From: Octopus vulgaris
Taxonomy: Eukaryota
NCBI GenBank assembly: GCA_951406725.2
Contig: OX597822.1
Location: 7,130,001-7,194,000 of the forward strand
DNA length: 64,000 bases
Reading direction: 5' to 3'
In this document: positions 40,511 through 54,573 of the stretch, one piece after another
Position numbering within the stretch: position 1 is the stretch's first letter
Layout of the letters: each line of letters starts with the position of its first letter
Notes under the pieces: model-generated
Told to the model about the DNA's origin: nothing
Databases searched by the model: none
Seen by the model: the letters and a program-made list of their open reading frames with translations, nothing else
Position numbers and translations under genes: made by a program

Positions 40511-41557
40511 TCAGTGAAGCTAAAACAATAACAAGTATTGTATTGAAAAATCAGAGTCGTGTTGGAAGAGACACTAATATTAATTTCATTTCATCAGATT
40601 GAAAGAAAAATACTTACACGAAAACTGTTATAATATAGAAATTATCTCCTTCTATCTATAAGTAATCTCACCAGGTTCTACTAAGTTTTTTTCATATGTA
40701 AGCTTTTACCAGGAGCTGTTCTAAATCACGAAAGTATATGTGTGTAAAGACAAAAGTAAACGTAGTATATAAAAAAAGCTCGTCTATGTTAGAATGTGAA
40801 TCTAAATACAAGTGTGTGGCATCTATGATGAGGTTGGCATAGCAACTATTGGGCATTCGCGTCTGATAGACATGAATGTAAGTATTGAAGATTAGAAAAG
40901 AGTAAAGAATTTCGCTGGTAGCATCAGTTTGAGTTTAATGTGAGGGTAAAGAAAACCTTGACGTTCTCGCTCGGTAAAGCGTGAGCGATATCCTTTCTGA
41001 AGGAACAGGCATATACGAGGCACTGTTGTTAGTTTATTGTCTACGTAGAGCAGTGGAGAAAACATTAATTTGAGAACTGCAAACATAAATTTAAAAAAAA
41101 AGGAAAAAGAAACATCGATGTATCGTGTTGACGATGTCTAGGTGAGAGAGCTGAGCCTGATGAGACTAGAGACAAGAACTGTCGGCTAGGAGCGATAGAT
41201 TGTAAGTAGAGCTTGAGATATTTATGACTACGAGAAAACAATTTTAATGTGTAGGTTCGTTCGATTCTACAGTTATTAAGCAACTGAATGGAAGCAGTGA
41301 AAACAGGATCTTTTGTTTCTTGTATCTAGAGTAGAGCCGCACATGTTGCTTTTTGTATGGGATCTAAATTAGAAGTAACAAGTCTCGTATCTGTTCTTTT
41401 AACAGAGCGTTCGTCGCTTAAATGAACTTGCAATACATTTAATGATAGTAAATAGTGGATTTGGCTGTGTGGAAACTGCTAAAAAAGCCTGGTCGTATAT
41501 ACTGCGTGACATCTTATATATATATATATAGCCCTATATCAATATATATATATATAT

Positions 41558-41826
41558 ACGGAAACTGAAAGAAGCCTGTGTGTGTGTATATATAAGTGTG
41601 TGTGTGTGTGTTTGTGCGTCCGTGTTTGTCCCTCTAGCATTGCTTGACAACCGATGCTGGTGTGTTTACGTCCCCGTAACTTAGCGGTTCGGCAAAAAGA
41701 GACCGATAGAATAAGTACTAGGCTTACAAAGAATAAGTTCCGGGGTCGATTTGCTCGACTAAAGACGGTGCCCCAGGATGGCCGCAGTCAAATGACTGAA
41801 ACAAGTAAAAGAGAGAGTAAAAGATA
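41558..41826 (+). mobile_element. SINE family A, 5'-truncated
   Basis: acggaaactgaaagaagcctgt...ttgcttgacaaccgatgctgg...gactgaaacaagtaaaagag. Matches 19709-19955. Confidence 0.88.
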
Positions 41827-42291
41827 AAAGAAAGGGGAACTTCCTGCTTTATACAAACCAATATGAATATGTTGTTTATAAATCTGCTGCATTACGATTA
41901 TATATGAATGCATATGTACATTTAAGCAGATATAAATATACAGATAATCGTGTCTTTAAAAATATCCGTGAAACAGAGATTGAACCGCAAATACAGACCG
42001 GCTGCGAGTTTTATGATGAATTCAGCATTATGTTACGGAATATAATAACCATGACGTGTGGAAATACGTTGCAAACATGGGAGGTAAATTGCATAATTAT
42101 AACACAGCTTACTGACAATGCAGGAGGCATTAATTTGGTGTATTGTTTCTCCCAATATGTAGATATATGCTAATTCTTATTCATGTCTTTCGTTACACAC
42201 ACAAACACACACAAGCAGACACACATACACACACACAAACACACACAAGCAGACACACATACACACACACACGTGTACACAGTTATATATG

Positions 42292-42323
<32 letters not shown>

Positions 42324-42830
42324 GGTGCATATATTTATAGACAAATCGTATATTAAAATTTGAAGAAACAAACAATAGGACATAGAAATAGGAATAACAA
42401 AAGAAAAGGACGTACACATAGACTGTATCAGTTTATCGCTTAGAAAAAGTGGGAGGAAGAGTAAGTTTTTAACGTCTTAGGCATAGCTTTTCGTCAGAGA
42501 GCACAACGGAAATGTCCGGAGGAGGAAGCAATTCACGAACAGCTGATGAATGTGTGTATGGATAGTCATGTGCACGCAAACGTTCGTAAGAATGATTGAA
42601 GTTTTAACATAACAAGAACTGTATTACAAAGAGCCAGCATTTCTCACGAAGGCCAGTAGATAATCCATCGTGGATCAGTTACTGAGAGCCGTAGCCGAAT
42701 ATTACACGTTCTTGCAGCAACACATACGCACTAAATTACAGTGAAAAGAGGGTTACGTTGCTGATTGGCTTTAACCGATTGGCCCTAGTCTATGGCGCAT
42801 AGGCATGCCTTCACCTCAGCCTACCATACT

Positions 42831-43071
<241 letters not shown>

Positions 43072-43073
43072 GT

Positions 43074-43458
43074 GGAGGCGCAATGGCCCAGTGGTTAGGG
43101 CAGCGGACTCGCGGTCGTAGGATCGCGGTTTCGATTCCCAGACCGGGCGTTGTGAGTGTTTATTGAGCAAAAACACCTAAAGCTCCACGAGGCTCCGGCA
43201 GGGGATGATGGTGATCCCTGCTGTACTCTTTCACCACAACTTTCTCTCACTCTTACTTCCTGTTTCTGTTGTACCTGTATTTCAAAGGGCCGGCCTTGTC
43301 ACTCTCTGTGTCATGCTGAATATCCCCGAGAACTACGTTAAGGGTATACGTGTCTGTGGAGTGCTCAGCCACTTACACGTTAATTTCACGAGCAGGCTGT
43401 TCCGTTGATTCGGATCAACCGGAACCCTCGTCATCGTAACCAACGGAGTGCCTCCACC
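43074..43458 (+). mobile_element. tRNA-derived SINE family C inserted in a (CTA)n array
   Basis: A box tggcccagtgg and B box ggtttcgattccc. Ends in (CTA)n, with 'actactactgtg' on both sides (TSD-like). Confidence 0.85.
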
Positions 43459-44039
43459 ACTACTACTACTACTACTGTGTTAATGCCATCCCCACTTCAT
43501 ATTTTTGAATTTAACTGACCACTTCTCTCATGAGGTGAGGCCCACTCTAATCAAAACGCTCAGTCCTTTTCCGCATTGCCATCCCACTAGAATTTCTCTT
43601 TGCTCATAACTCTCCTGCAAGCTTTCAGTTAGAATGTTTTGAGAGAAACATTAATGGAATCGATTGCATGGATCTCTTTATGCCCACAAAGGCCATGAAA
43701 ACAGACCCAGGTATTAAAACAAAACATGCATACATTTATGTAAATATTCTCATAGCATGTATAAGTGTAAAAATAATATTCCTATGATCGTTAAATGTAC
43801 GAACCTAATTTCCTATCTTTTTTCCTCTCTATATTTGAAAGAGGGACATTCGTTTATTTGAAAAATAAATATTTTATAACAAACAGTTTCGATCTGAGAA
43901 TAATATTTAAGGTTTCTCCAATCAATAAGAAAATTCTCCGCCTCTGAAAGGCAAAGAATACTGATATATTGATTGACCAATATATTTTACCCTCTCCAAT
44001 TTTTTCTTTCTATATTCTTCTTTCATTCGATCTTGTTTA

Positions 44040-45200
44040 TTGCTTTATTTCCCGTCTTTTATTTTCTATACACATGTTTGATGAAGTACTATTCAGGGCA
44101 GGGTGCATTGAATGGATGGACGGCAAACAGATTCTCTTGAAATTGATATTCGCAATGTTGATGATGTTGATATATGTCCGGGACCTTTCATTGGTGTCAG
44201 TGTTAGTGATGCCATTGGTGAACAGCTTTAAGCATGCATTACATCAATTCATCATGGCTGGGTATAGAATTGGTACATAACTGTCACTTGTCAAATGGAA
44301 TCCATTATCATTACATATTGTCTGTTTCAACAGAAATGTGAATACGTGTTACACAATAAGGGGTTTGTGAGCTTCGTTGGCACAGAATTCTGTATTTCAT
44401 CAATCGGTCCATTACAGAAACATATTTATCTGGATTTCTTCTTCTCTATTTGCTTCTTAGGCTCTAGCGAATATTAGTGTAGTTATTAGAATGCTGAAAT
44501 TAAGTTTTGCGGTTGCGGGTTTCAAATAGCATCAAAATCGAACTGAGATGTACACCTTCCTAGAATTGATAAAACGAATAGAATTTTGTTTAAATGTTGT
44601 ACATTAAATTTCCTTTCTTATAAAGGCGTTTCGAAATTTCTGGAATTGTAAAACTCTGAATAATTAAACATCTAAAAATATGGAATGCTGCCTAAAATCT
44701 CTCATCTTCTTGAAAATGCAGTGATTCAATATACTTGAACTAAATAAGGTAATCCTCCCAGACTAAAATTGAAAATTGGTAATAAATCATATTTTGGAAG
44801 TAAGATTTCAAATAGGAAAAAAACCACAACTCTTGTTATGGCCAAGATTTGCAGATATGGTCATCTGGTTAATCTTTGTCATTATGAAACTCATATTTCC
44901 AAGATAGGAAGGAGAAGACATCATCAATCATTATAAATCAAATTGATTTACCCTCTAAATATAAAGCCTCGGAGCTTTAGTAGATGGAAATGAATTATAA
45001 TGACAATTACTTCTACTCTCGGGGATATTAATCACGTGAAGAATGAAATTGTTCTAAACGAAATTTGAATTTGCTCCGCATATTCTGTTGACTAAGAATA
45101 TATTTTACTCATCAATATCTGCGAAATTTTATAAACTGTTACAAATCTACGTTCCGAGATCACACAACATTAAACACACAAGCTTCTTTTTATGACATAT
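44040..45200 (+). mobile_element. Decayed LINE (L1/Tx1-like) ORF1 region
   Basis: RQTDSLEIDIRN...DAIGEQL..GWV*NWYIT..., a later zinc-knuckle-like ICRYGHLVNLC, and a possible LGDIN (APE). A second copy lies inverted at ~52300-53050. Confidence 0.5.
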
Positions 45201-46039
45201 CTTTATAAAAATTTGCCTTTATATTGTACATATTGGAAATATGGAAATTTATTAGGGAACTTTTCAACGGACACAAAGCCAGCTGGCCATTTCCCTGTTC
45301 ATAAACCACTTCTGCATACGTCAAGTATAATAGAGCACCGTGCACTCCTTCTCCCTTAATTGTACACACCTGTCCACGTTACTGAGCCGTTCTGTCATCA
45401 ACAAATGGATAAAGTGATTGTCTTCTTTCTGTCTTCACTGACTTCATCCTCTTTTCATTTACTTGCTTAGTCATCAAATTTTCGATGTGGGTTTTCTCAA
45501 ACAGTATCCATTACACTGACCATTACACTGACCAAGCTCCAAGCCTCTTTCTATCCAAGTGAATAGCACTCAGTGTGTTTGGCAATCACTATGCATAAAA
45601 TATCCTGTTTTATGATTCAGACAGTCAGTTGACATTCACATGAATAGCTATTGAGATTGAGTGCCGAGTTCGGTGAGGTCTACTCCTCAACAGTCTGACG
45701 AGACTTCTTCACATACATGGTAATCACTCTAGCCATACCTCGTTTGTTAATAAGGCTACATTACTGCAGTTTTATTTTAGAGGTACGCCATAATCGAGTG
45801 GAACTAGCACTTAGGATAAAGAGTTGTTGAAATACTCTGTCAAGGTCATGCATTTATTTCTTACTGAGATATATGATACATTTTACTCAGAAGTGCCAGC
45901 ATAGATTGGAAAAAATTCGTAGAATTTCATGAAGCCTGCAGTTAGAATATTTTTCGAGAGAATATACGCAGCGTAACCTTTATACTGCCGGGTGGCCTTC
46001 TAAATAGAACAAATTCCCGTGATGTATAACTCAGAAAAC

Positions 46040-46097
<58 letters not shown>

Positions 46098-46496
46098 TGA
46101 ATGAAAGTAGAAATTGAAAGGGAGATCTATAAACAATGAATGGTGGAGAGTAGGTAAACTATAATCAAAGTGGACTCAGGAAATTATTATTCAAACGTGT
46201 TGTAAGTAAATAGCTGTAAAAAGTATAAGATAAAGATGACTTTTAGAAGAGACTATCAAGAAGAAATTTGCAGCTGAATGATACCCGACAAATGCTTTGA
46301 ACCTAAGATCACGGTGTATACTGTAGGGAATTGAATTCGTTCAGTGAGTTCGAGTTATAGGAGTGATTCATGGATACCGGACAAAATCCTGACGGAACTG
46401 CTGATATACTTGGATCATTGCGACAGTAACTAAGACGACAGAAACGACAGAAACGAAGGATATTGCTTTTATGCTCTTTTCAGCGTTCGATATACC

Positions 46497-46925
46497 GTTT
46501 CACAGTCGAACCAATTCTACTATATGGCTCAGAAACCTGGACGTTATCAAAGAAGCTTGAGAGGCGGTTGGATGGAACCTACACCCGCCTCCTTATGAGA
46601 GCTCAAAACCTCTCGTGGAAGCGCCATCCAACCAAAATGCAAATATATGAGAAACTACCACCTGTGTCATCTCTTGTGAAAGGAAGGAGAGTCCAGTTTG
46701 CTGGACATTGTTGTAGAGCTGAAAACGAGGTATTTTCTACTCTTCTCCTCTGGAAGCCATCTGCTCGCGATACCAGAGGGTGAACACTCTCCTATCCTGA
46801 TGTAATCTCCAGGGATACAGGCATCCATCAACAGGACCTCCGTAATGCTATGATGGACCGTGAAGTCTGGCGTAGCACGGTAAATTCCATTGTCTCGACC
46901 ACGGTCGAACAATGATGATGATGAC
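46497..46925 (+). mobile_element. RTE-clade (RTE-X-like) LINE 3' end
   Basis: TVEPILLYGSETWTLSKKLERRLDGTYTRLLMRA...RRVQFAGHCCR...NAMMDREVWRSTV, then a (TGA)n tail. Confidence 0.9.
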
Positions 46926-46929
46926 ACCG

Positions 46930-48290
46930 TTCCATGTCTTGCATAGTTGACCGAGTTGCAAATTCGGTTCAAGTTCAGTTTGGGGTTGGGCATTTGAAAT
47001 CTAAACTGTGGACATAATACGCAGTATTTTGCCTGTTGGTCATTGCCATCAGTGTTAAACCCTCTCATACTGCAGCGCGTATTTGAAGAGCGTATGATCG
47101 GTGATAGTTTAGGAGTTGTTCTGCGCGTCTTTGAAAACACAAAGAAGAGTCTTTTCTGGAGAAAATTTACATTCCTGCAGGATGGAGAACTTGCAATGTT
47201 CCCTTGTATGTCATTTTTTCGGATGGGGAAATATTTGAATTGAATACACTATACAGGAAGGGAAGTCTCAGGACTGCAGTGCGAGTTAAACTTGTATTAA
47301 TCGCTGACCGCCTCCTCTTCTTCGAAAAGGTTTTTCTGCCTTTCATATTTTCACGGCAAGTTTGTTATTCTCGGAGTTGAGCCAATCTATATCAGTGAAC
47401 TTGTATATGATATTCATGGCAAACATCAATTGTGATTTTAGTTCGACTCGGTTCTTAGAATAAATCTTAGTATCCGATAACAATATTTCCTTACTTTTTC
47501 TCTCATCTGTGTGTTTTTAATCACACCTCTTTCCCTCACTAATAGGTACTTGTACCTGCTCTCAGGTCCTAAAACTTTATTCTCGTTATCGCCATCTAGG
47601 GTGGTGTCGCATGTATTTGATATGTTACCCTTCGGTAAATGTTGTCTTGTTACACTTTTGAAGCCAACATTTCATGTTTATGTTATCACGAAATCGTTTA
47701 ACTGTAAGGAGTGCCTGAAATTGTCGATCGTTTTTCGGAAAGGTTTTCACATTATACATATAAAAAATATGATTGATGGTTTTTTCCATACCTCTTGTAT
47801 CCATAATGTGTTCCATTCCATATTTTGCTAAGGGAATCAGTACTAAGCATATGAGCAAAGGAGATATTGAGTTCCTTTGAAAGATTTCTCAATTAATATT
47901 AACTTCTCATGAAATTATTTTTGTAGCGTCCGCGTTGAGAAATCATGTCCTTTTCCAAATATTCATGACATGGATACATCATTCCTGATTACTGGTAAAC
48001 TTACGAACAAGCACTCATCTATCAAACTGTCAAGAAGACTATCAAAAGACTTCATGTGGTCTATCCAGGCCACTGAGAAATGTTTCTCACGGGTTGACAA
48101 GCGTGGAGAATACTTATGTAATCAAAAGTTGATCAATTTGAACCTTATAGTTCATCAGAAGAAATTATGTTCATGAGGAATGCATATTTGGATTCCATTT
48201 CGGCAGATGTAAGAATCTTCTACTTTACTGTAAGGCATATTATGGATCTGTAGTTCTTAGTGTTTTCTACTTCATCATTTTGGCTGAACG
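46930..48290 (-). mobile_element. Highly decayed Penelope-like RT/GIY-YIG remnant
   Basis: Minus-strand traces such as PLAKYGMEH..IFYMYNVKTF (cf. PLANxxMEH..RYVDDTF) followed by a GIY-YIG-like region. Confidence 0.4.
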
Positions 48291-48768
48291 GTATTACTTC
48301 CGACTCACTACGTTCTGAGTACAAATCCTTTCCAAATCAACTTTGCATTTTATCATTTCATGGTCGATAATATAACGTATCAGATAAGTATTGCAGTCAA
48401 ATGAAGCGACTAATCCCTCTCGCTAAGATTGCTGTTCTGTTGCCGACATTTGAAACTATTAAGCGGCAAGTTGGTAGAATCATCCGCATATCTCACTAAA
48501 TACCAACGACATTTCTTAACGACATTTACGTTCTGAGTTCAGTTGTAACAGGGGTCAAATTTGGATTTTATCATTTCATGGCCGATAAAATAAAGTACCA
48601 GGGGGACGATGTATTTGTTACTGATTTAGGCAAAACCCAACAATTTTAAGGGGAAACGGTGAGATGATCTCAGTAATTGACCGCTATATTATTTATTGGT
48701 CTCAAAGAGAAAATCGGTAATGTTGATCTTGGCGGGATTTGATCAGCCGAGACAAATGCGCCATTCAT

Positions 48769-48769
<1 letters not shown>

Positions 48770-48843
<74 letters not shown>

Positions 48844-48845
48844 AG

Positions 48846-48877
<32 letters not shown>

Positions 48878-48944
48878 GATACTGCTACTACTACTACTAC
48901 TACCACCACTACTACTACTACCACTACTACTACCACTGCTGCTG

Positions 48945-49003
<59 letters not shown>

Positions 49004-49037
49004 GCTGCTGCTGCTACTACAACTACTGCTGCTGCTG

Positions 49038-49106
<69 letters not shown>
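48770..49106. repeat. (CTA)/(CTG)/(CCA) compound microsatellite flanked by old SINE B fragments (~48290-48760, ~49120-49680)
   Basis: Array directly visible. Flanks contain 'acgttctgagttca' and 'ggggtcgataaaataagta' SINE B segments. Confidence 0.9.
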
Positions 49107-50536
49107 GCGTTGCTGCTGCGGCGGAGATCAAATCCTGCCGAGATGAAGATTTCCGTCCATCATTATGGGGTTGCTGAAATAAATCTACCAGTCAATAATC
49201 GGTTCGATGGAATGAACTCTATCTCTACCTGCAAAATTAATGGCCTGGCGTCAAAATTCGAAACCACCGTTAATATCATTATCATTATTATTTGAAAAAG
49301 GGTAAGGCAGCCATCTGGCAAAAGCGTTTGCATACCGGTCAAACTGCCCAGCGGCAATTCGTCCGTCTTCATGTTCTGGGTTCATAGTCCACTGAGATCT
49401 ACTATGGCTTTCCTCCTTTTGGGGTCGATAAAATAAGTATTAGTTGACTACTCATTCCCTCTGCCGAAATACCTGGCCTTGTACCAAAACATTATTATTT
49501 GATGAAGAATGAATAAGTTGATTCCAAGGCTTGCATGGCGATTCATAATATCGACCCTGGTGGATGAAATGCAAAGTTGACTACGGTGGGTATCACTTGT
49601 CGAGATCAACTTTTACATTCACTATCCTTGAGTGAAGAAGATAAACTATCAGCTAATTACTAGTACCGATGATATGAACTTACCTCTCCCCTCATTTAAC
49701 ACTTAAAACTGCCTCTGTCATTAATATCGACTTTTAACAACCTCACTGGTTAATCGCAAAACCAGTGCCTCTTTTTTCAAGGAGATGTGTCAATGCTGGT
49801 TCTAGCTGTCGAGGGTTGTGCAATAGCACTGTTTCTTTTCATTGCATAGATAGGCATTCCTTCATTAGAGATGAGTTGTTATTCAACAAAAATTCTTTCA
49901 GATTAAGCGCTCTTTTTCATGTTTGGAAATATTATAACAAGAGTGTATTTTTGACCAAAATCTAATTTGAGAGTTTTCTCATAATATCTACCGCAGTATA
50001 GTTTGTTGCAACAGAACATCCACGTTTAGGTGAGGATAGATATTATCAATCAGTATTAATATTGTGTCTGTCGCGAATATATAAATTTAACAAAGAATAA
50101 TTTCCGCTCGCTAATGAGGTTGGTATTTCTTCGGTGGAGAAGTGGGACATTATAATTTTTCCAGACAAAAATAAAGCTTAATTTTTATTGATTAACAACT
50201 CATCTCTAATAAAAAGGTGTTTCTCGTACCATTGCACGCCACAAACCAGATGAAGTACTAATCAGAAAGAAAATATGATTACACTATAAACAGTATAACA
50301 ACGATGAATAATAATATAAATTTAATACTGTTTTTGCATGTTAATGTAAAACATAACCCGAACTCTTACGGAAGATTACATAAAATCAAGATGTGAATGC
50401 TGGGCTCTTCAGATTGGGAAGGCGGTTTTTTCTCCATTTACTTTCACGAAGATAACATGTTACATCGAAATTTATTATCATCATCATCATCATCAGCGTC
50501 ATCCTCCCCCTCCTCCTCCTCATCATCATCATTATC

Positions 50537-50595
<59 letters not shown>

Positions 50596-50641
50596 GATTA
50601 TTATTATTATTATTATGATTATTATTATGATTATTATTATT

Positions 50642-51100
50642 CTATGTTTGAATTTTGTTTACATTTGTACAAGTTGGCTGGAAGTTTTACCCAGAGACCT
50701 CAAGAGACAACAAGGTGGAAGTCCATGCTGGTGTTATGCCTAGGGTGCCATATATTTGGTTTTGTACTTAGTGTTGTACTAGTGAATGTCTTAAAAACCA
50801 TACGAAAATTATGTTTGTTTTAAAACTTGAGATTACATAGAAAGGATATGTGCAGTTCCCATGAGCACTATCTTTTGAATTTCTGCCATTTTGGGGTTTC
50901 ATGGTATCTAAGCTAGGTAGCAATCAACTCCTTTTGCTATCATTCCCAGGGCACCTATGAAAACTGGAATTATTTTAGTCTTCAGATTCCACATTTTGCT
51001 AATTTCTTTTTCAAGATCTTTATATTTGCTCAGTTTTTGGTACGTCTTGACAGATATGTTTATATCGTTTGGGAAAGTCATATCAATGAGGAGGCATGAT
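50642..51100 (-). mobile_element. R4/Dong-like LINE 3' end (restriction-like endonuclease) inside a (TAA)n array
   Basis: Minus strand CLLIDMTFPNDINISVKTYQKLSKYKDLEKEISKMWNLKTKIIPVFIGALG..IQKIVLMGTAHIL. (TTA)n on both flanks. Confidence 0.88.
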
Positions 51101-51141
51101 TTAGTATTATATTACTATTATTACTTATTTATTATTATTAC

Positions 51142-51199
<58 letters not shown>

Positions 51200-51216
51200 T
51201 ATTAATTTATTATTTA

Positions 51217-51286
<70 letters not shown>

Positions 51287-51435
51287 TATTATTAATTATG
51301 TGGTTAATTATGCGCTTTTAATTACGATGTATAATAGTTTGTTCCTTTTCCATAGATTTAAAACCTCATTGTATCTCATCATGCCTTTCCAGCACTTGTG
51401 GGTAATAATGCCATGATTAATACTATTGCTATATT

Positions 51436-51492
<57 letters not shown>

Positions 51493-51500
51493 GCACACAC

Positions 51501-51550
<50 letters not shown>

Positions 51551-52299
51551 AATAGAAGAAATAGAAATACCCGACATCAGATTAAGCGAAACATTAATTC
51601 AGTGTTCATGAATAAATTAAAGGTAAATATCATTATTAGACTTGTGTCTAAGCTCGTGTAGTATACAAAACAGAAAGAGTGAGCGAGACAGAGAGACAGA
51701 GAGAGAGAGGGGGAAGAGTGAGAGAGTGAGATCGATAACAAAATCTACCGACAGCTGCGATTGTGATATTAGAGAAAAACATAAGCATAAATAATTAAAT
51801 ATGAGAATTGTGAAGAGCTGGAAACGGAAATAAAATATTAACGTATGGACCTCATTTCGGGTGCATCTAATTTTCTTTCAAAACATTGTAGACTTACAGA
51901 ACAAAATAAAAAAGTTTCACATATCGCATAAAGTAAATATTTATATCAATCGAAAACTTCAAAATAACAATAAATGTATTGTGCAACATATAGTCTAAGG
52001 GCAGAAATTATCTGAAAGGCTTTCAAATTTAGCTTCGAACACTTTCACTTCTTTCATATACATGATAACTTCATTCACTGTGTGCTAAAACTCCAACGCC
52101 TTATGTGTAAATAAATCAATTTTGATTGATGATACGTTCTATTTCTCATCTTGAAGATGTTAGCTTCATAATGACAAAGATTATCCAAATATTAGTGATA
52201 TTTTTCGTATTTGAGATGCCAGTTCCAAAGTAAGATTTATTACAAAATTACAGCCGTGGAAGATTTCCTTATTGATTTAAAATATGTTGTAATTACTAC

Positions 52300-53050
52300 A
52301 TGCTTGAAGAGATGAGAGATTTTAGGTAGTAATTCCTATTTATAACTGTTTTATTATACGCTGATTTCCACTTAATTATTTTAGAAACATGGCACTCGAA
52401 TCAAGACATCTCCCTGACAAATATGTTTGATATACATCTTTCAGTCAGTTCCTGTTTATTTTAATAATTCTGAAGTGATGGAAGTTTCAGTTTCATTTTG
52501 ATGTGATTTAAAACCTGCACGCAACAAGTGTTTATCTAGCTGGTTTTTCACATATACAGCAAAATTCACTCCAGGTCTTACCCAGTGCGGACGAACGAGA
52601 AATCCTGATAAATATGTTTCTGTAATGAAGCTATGAATGAAATACAGTATTAGGTGTCAATGAAACTCACAAGTTGCTTATTATGTAACATAACCAGTAT
52701 TCACATTTGCCTTGAAATAAACGATGCATAATGAGAATGAATACCCTTACACAAGTGATGGTTATGTACCAATTCTATAGACGGCCATGATGAATTACTG
52801 AAATGCATGCTTAAAGTTGTTCACCAATGCCATCATTAATGCTGGCACCAATGAAAGTTCTAGCATACACATATACATCATCACTATCAGAAATATCAAA
52901 TTCAAGAGAAGCTATTTGCTGTCCATCTATTCAGTGCACCCTGCCCTATCGTTGACTGAATACTACTTCATCAAACAGCTGCACTGGAATTAAGGAAGGG
53001 AAATAAAGCAGTAGACAGGAAAGTAAGAATATAGGAAGGATAAAGGAAAG
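52300..53050 (-). mobile_element. Second copy of the decayed LINE ORF1 region seen at 44040-44560
   Basis: gttatgtaccaattctata..gccatgatgaatt..atgcatgcttaaag.tgttcaccaatg..tgcaccctgccct is the reverse complement of 44075-44282. Confidence 0.75.
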
Positions 53051-54365
53051 CGAGATGGAAGAAATGTAAAATAAGTTCATCAATCAAGATCACTGTATTC
53101 TTTGCCTTTGAAAAGTGAAGAGACAAATATGGATGAGTATTTAAGGTCGTCGAACAAACATTGTTCCCAGATTGAAATTCTTTACTATGAAATATTTTAT
53201 CTTTCGATTAAATGAATTTTACTATTTCAAACATAGAGAGAACAACAAACAGGAAATTAGTTTTTGTAAAGTTAATATCTACCAACTATTTCTCTCAGAG
53301 GCAAATAATAGCATACACATATTCGCATTCATTCAAACAAGGAAACACACACATACACACATGTGAATATGTATAGATAGAAAGGGTTATAAAGAGCGAG
53401 ATGAATAGAGAGATGAAGAAATTTCAAGACGCGTATGGCTGTAATTCATACATACAAGAAGATAATAGGTGAAGAAATATTTGAGACGAATGTCGCCTGA
53501 AATGGCAGCATGTTGTGCTATACAATTTAATTATATATGGCAGATTTATATTTTATACTCGTACGAAATAGCTTCAGTATTTCGTAACGTAATACCGAGT
53601 TCATTATGACGTCAGATAAAAAGCTCGCACCCAGGACAAGTCAGTGAATGTTTACCGAAGCTCATAACTGCACATTTGCAGTCGTTCTAGAAACAAAAAA
53701 TGTACATTAGTCATAAATGTTAGAATGCAATTTCTCAGTGTTTCCATGATCAAACAACTAAAATGTTTAAAACGTTTCTTTTACTTTGGGGCATAGGCGC
53801 GAATGCATAGTAGGTATGTATCGAAATATGTAGAAGGCAGAATATACATGATGGTAAAGCAAACGGTCAATGTTATAATAGTCAAAGAGATTCCCCACCT
53901 CAATATACCTAGGGTAGAATACTTCTGATAGTATCCTGTTATATATTACTTAATGTTTACTGACTGGCCTCAGTTATTGAGTCTCAAGTGCATTCAGCTG
54001 TATGTTGCTTAAGTATATCTTATATTTAGCAGAGTTCGTTCTGTTGAAATATTTATGTAACAATCACTACGCTTAAAGTAGTGTTCTCTCAATGAACTTA
54101 AACTCGATACACACAAAGCATTGTTAACTCTGTTGTGTCTTTCAAGAGTTTTCCTGCATCTTCACATTACTTTTGAGAATGTTGACTTCAGGTGACAAAC
54201 ATGCGACAAAACCTCCTTATATACATAGTACAAACATTTCATTCGTTGTTAACCAGGAGCAAAATTAATATTTCATTATGTGGGATTTTGTATGCAAGAC
54301 AAACCTGTCAAATTCTTGCAAAGTTTAACACCTGTTTAGCAAATGGGTTACCGATTAGAATGTTC

Positions 54366-54573
<208 letters not shown>

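Noticed and set aside
41152-41190. agcCTGATGAgactagagacaagaactGTCggct hammerhead candidate
   Set aside because: GAAA and helix II are disrupted. At best a decayed remnant.
42534-42590. CTGATGA with a pairing stem and acgaac/gttcgt flanks
   Set aside because: It lacks GAAA and an NUH site, and the stem relies on GT-repeat wobble pairs.
43074-43147. tRNA gene
   Set aside because: A and B boxes are present, but the sequence continues into a SINE body with no clean acceptor stem or poly-T terminator. The same applies to the heads at 19570 and 34092.
45230-45760. Possible CR1/L2 3' RT remnant on the minus strand
   Set aside because: The resemblance is too faint to support by eye and needs a translated HMM search.
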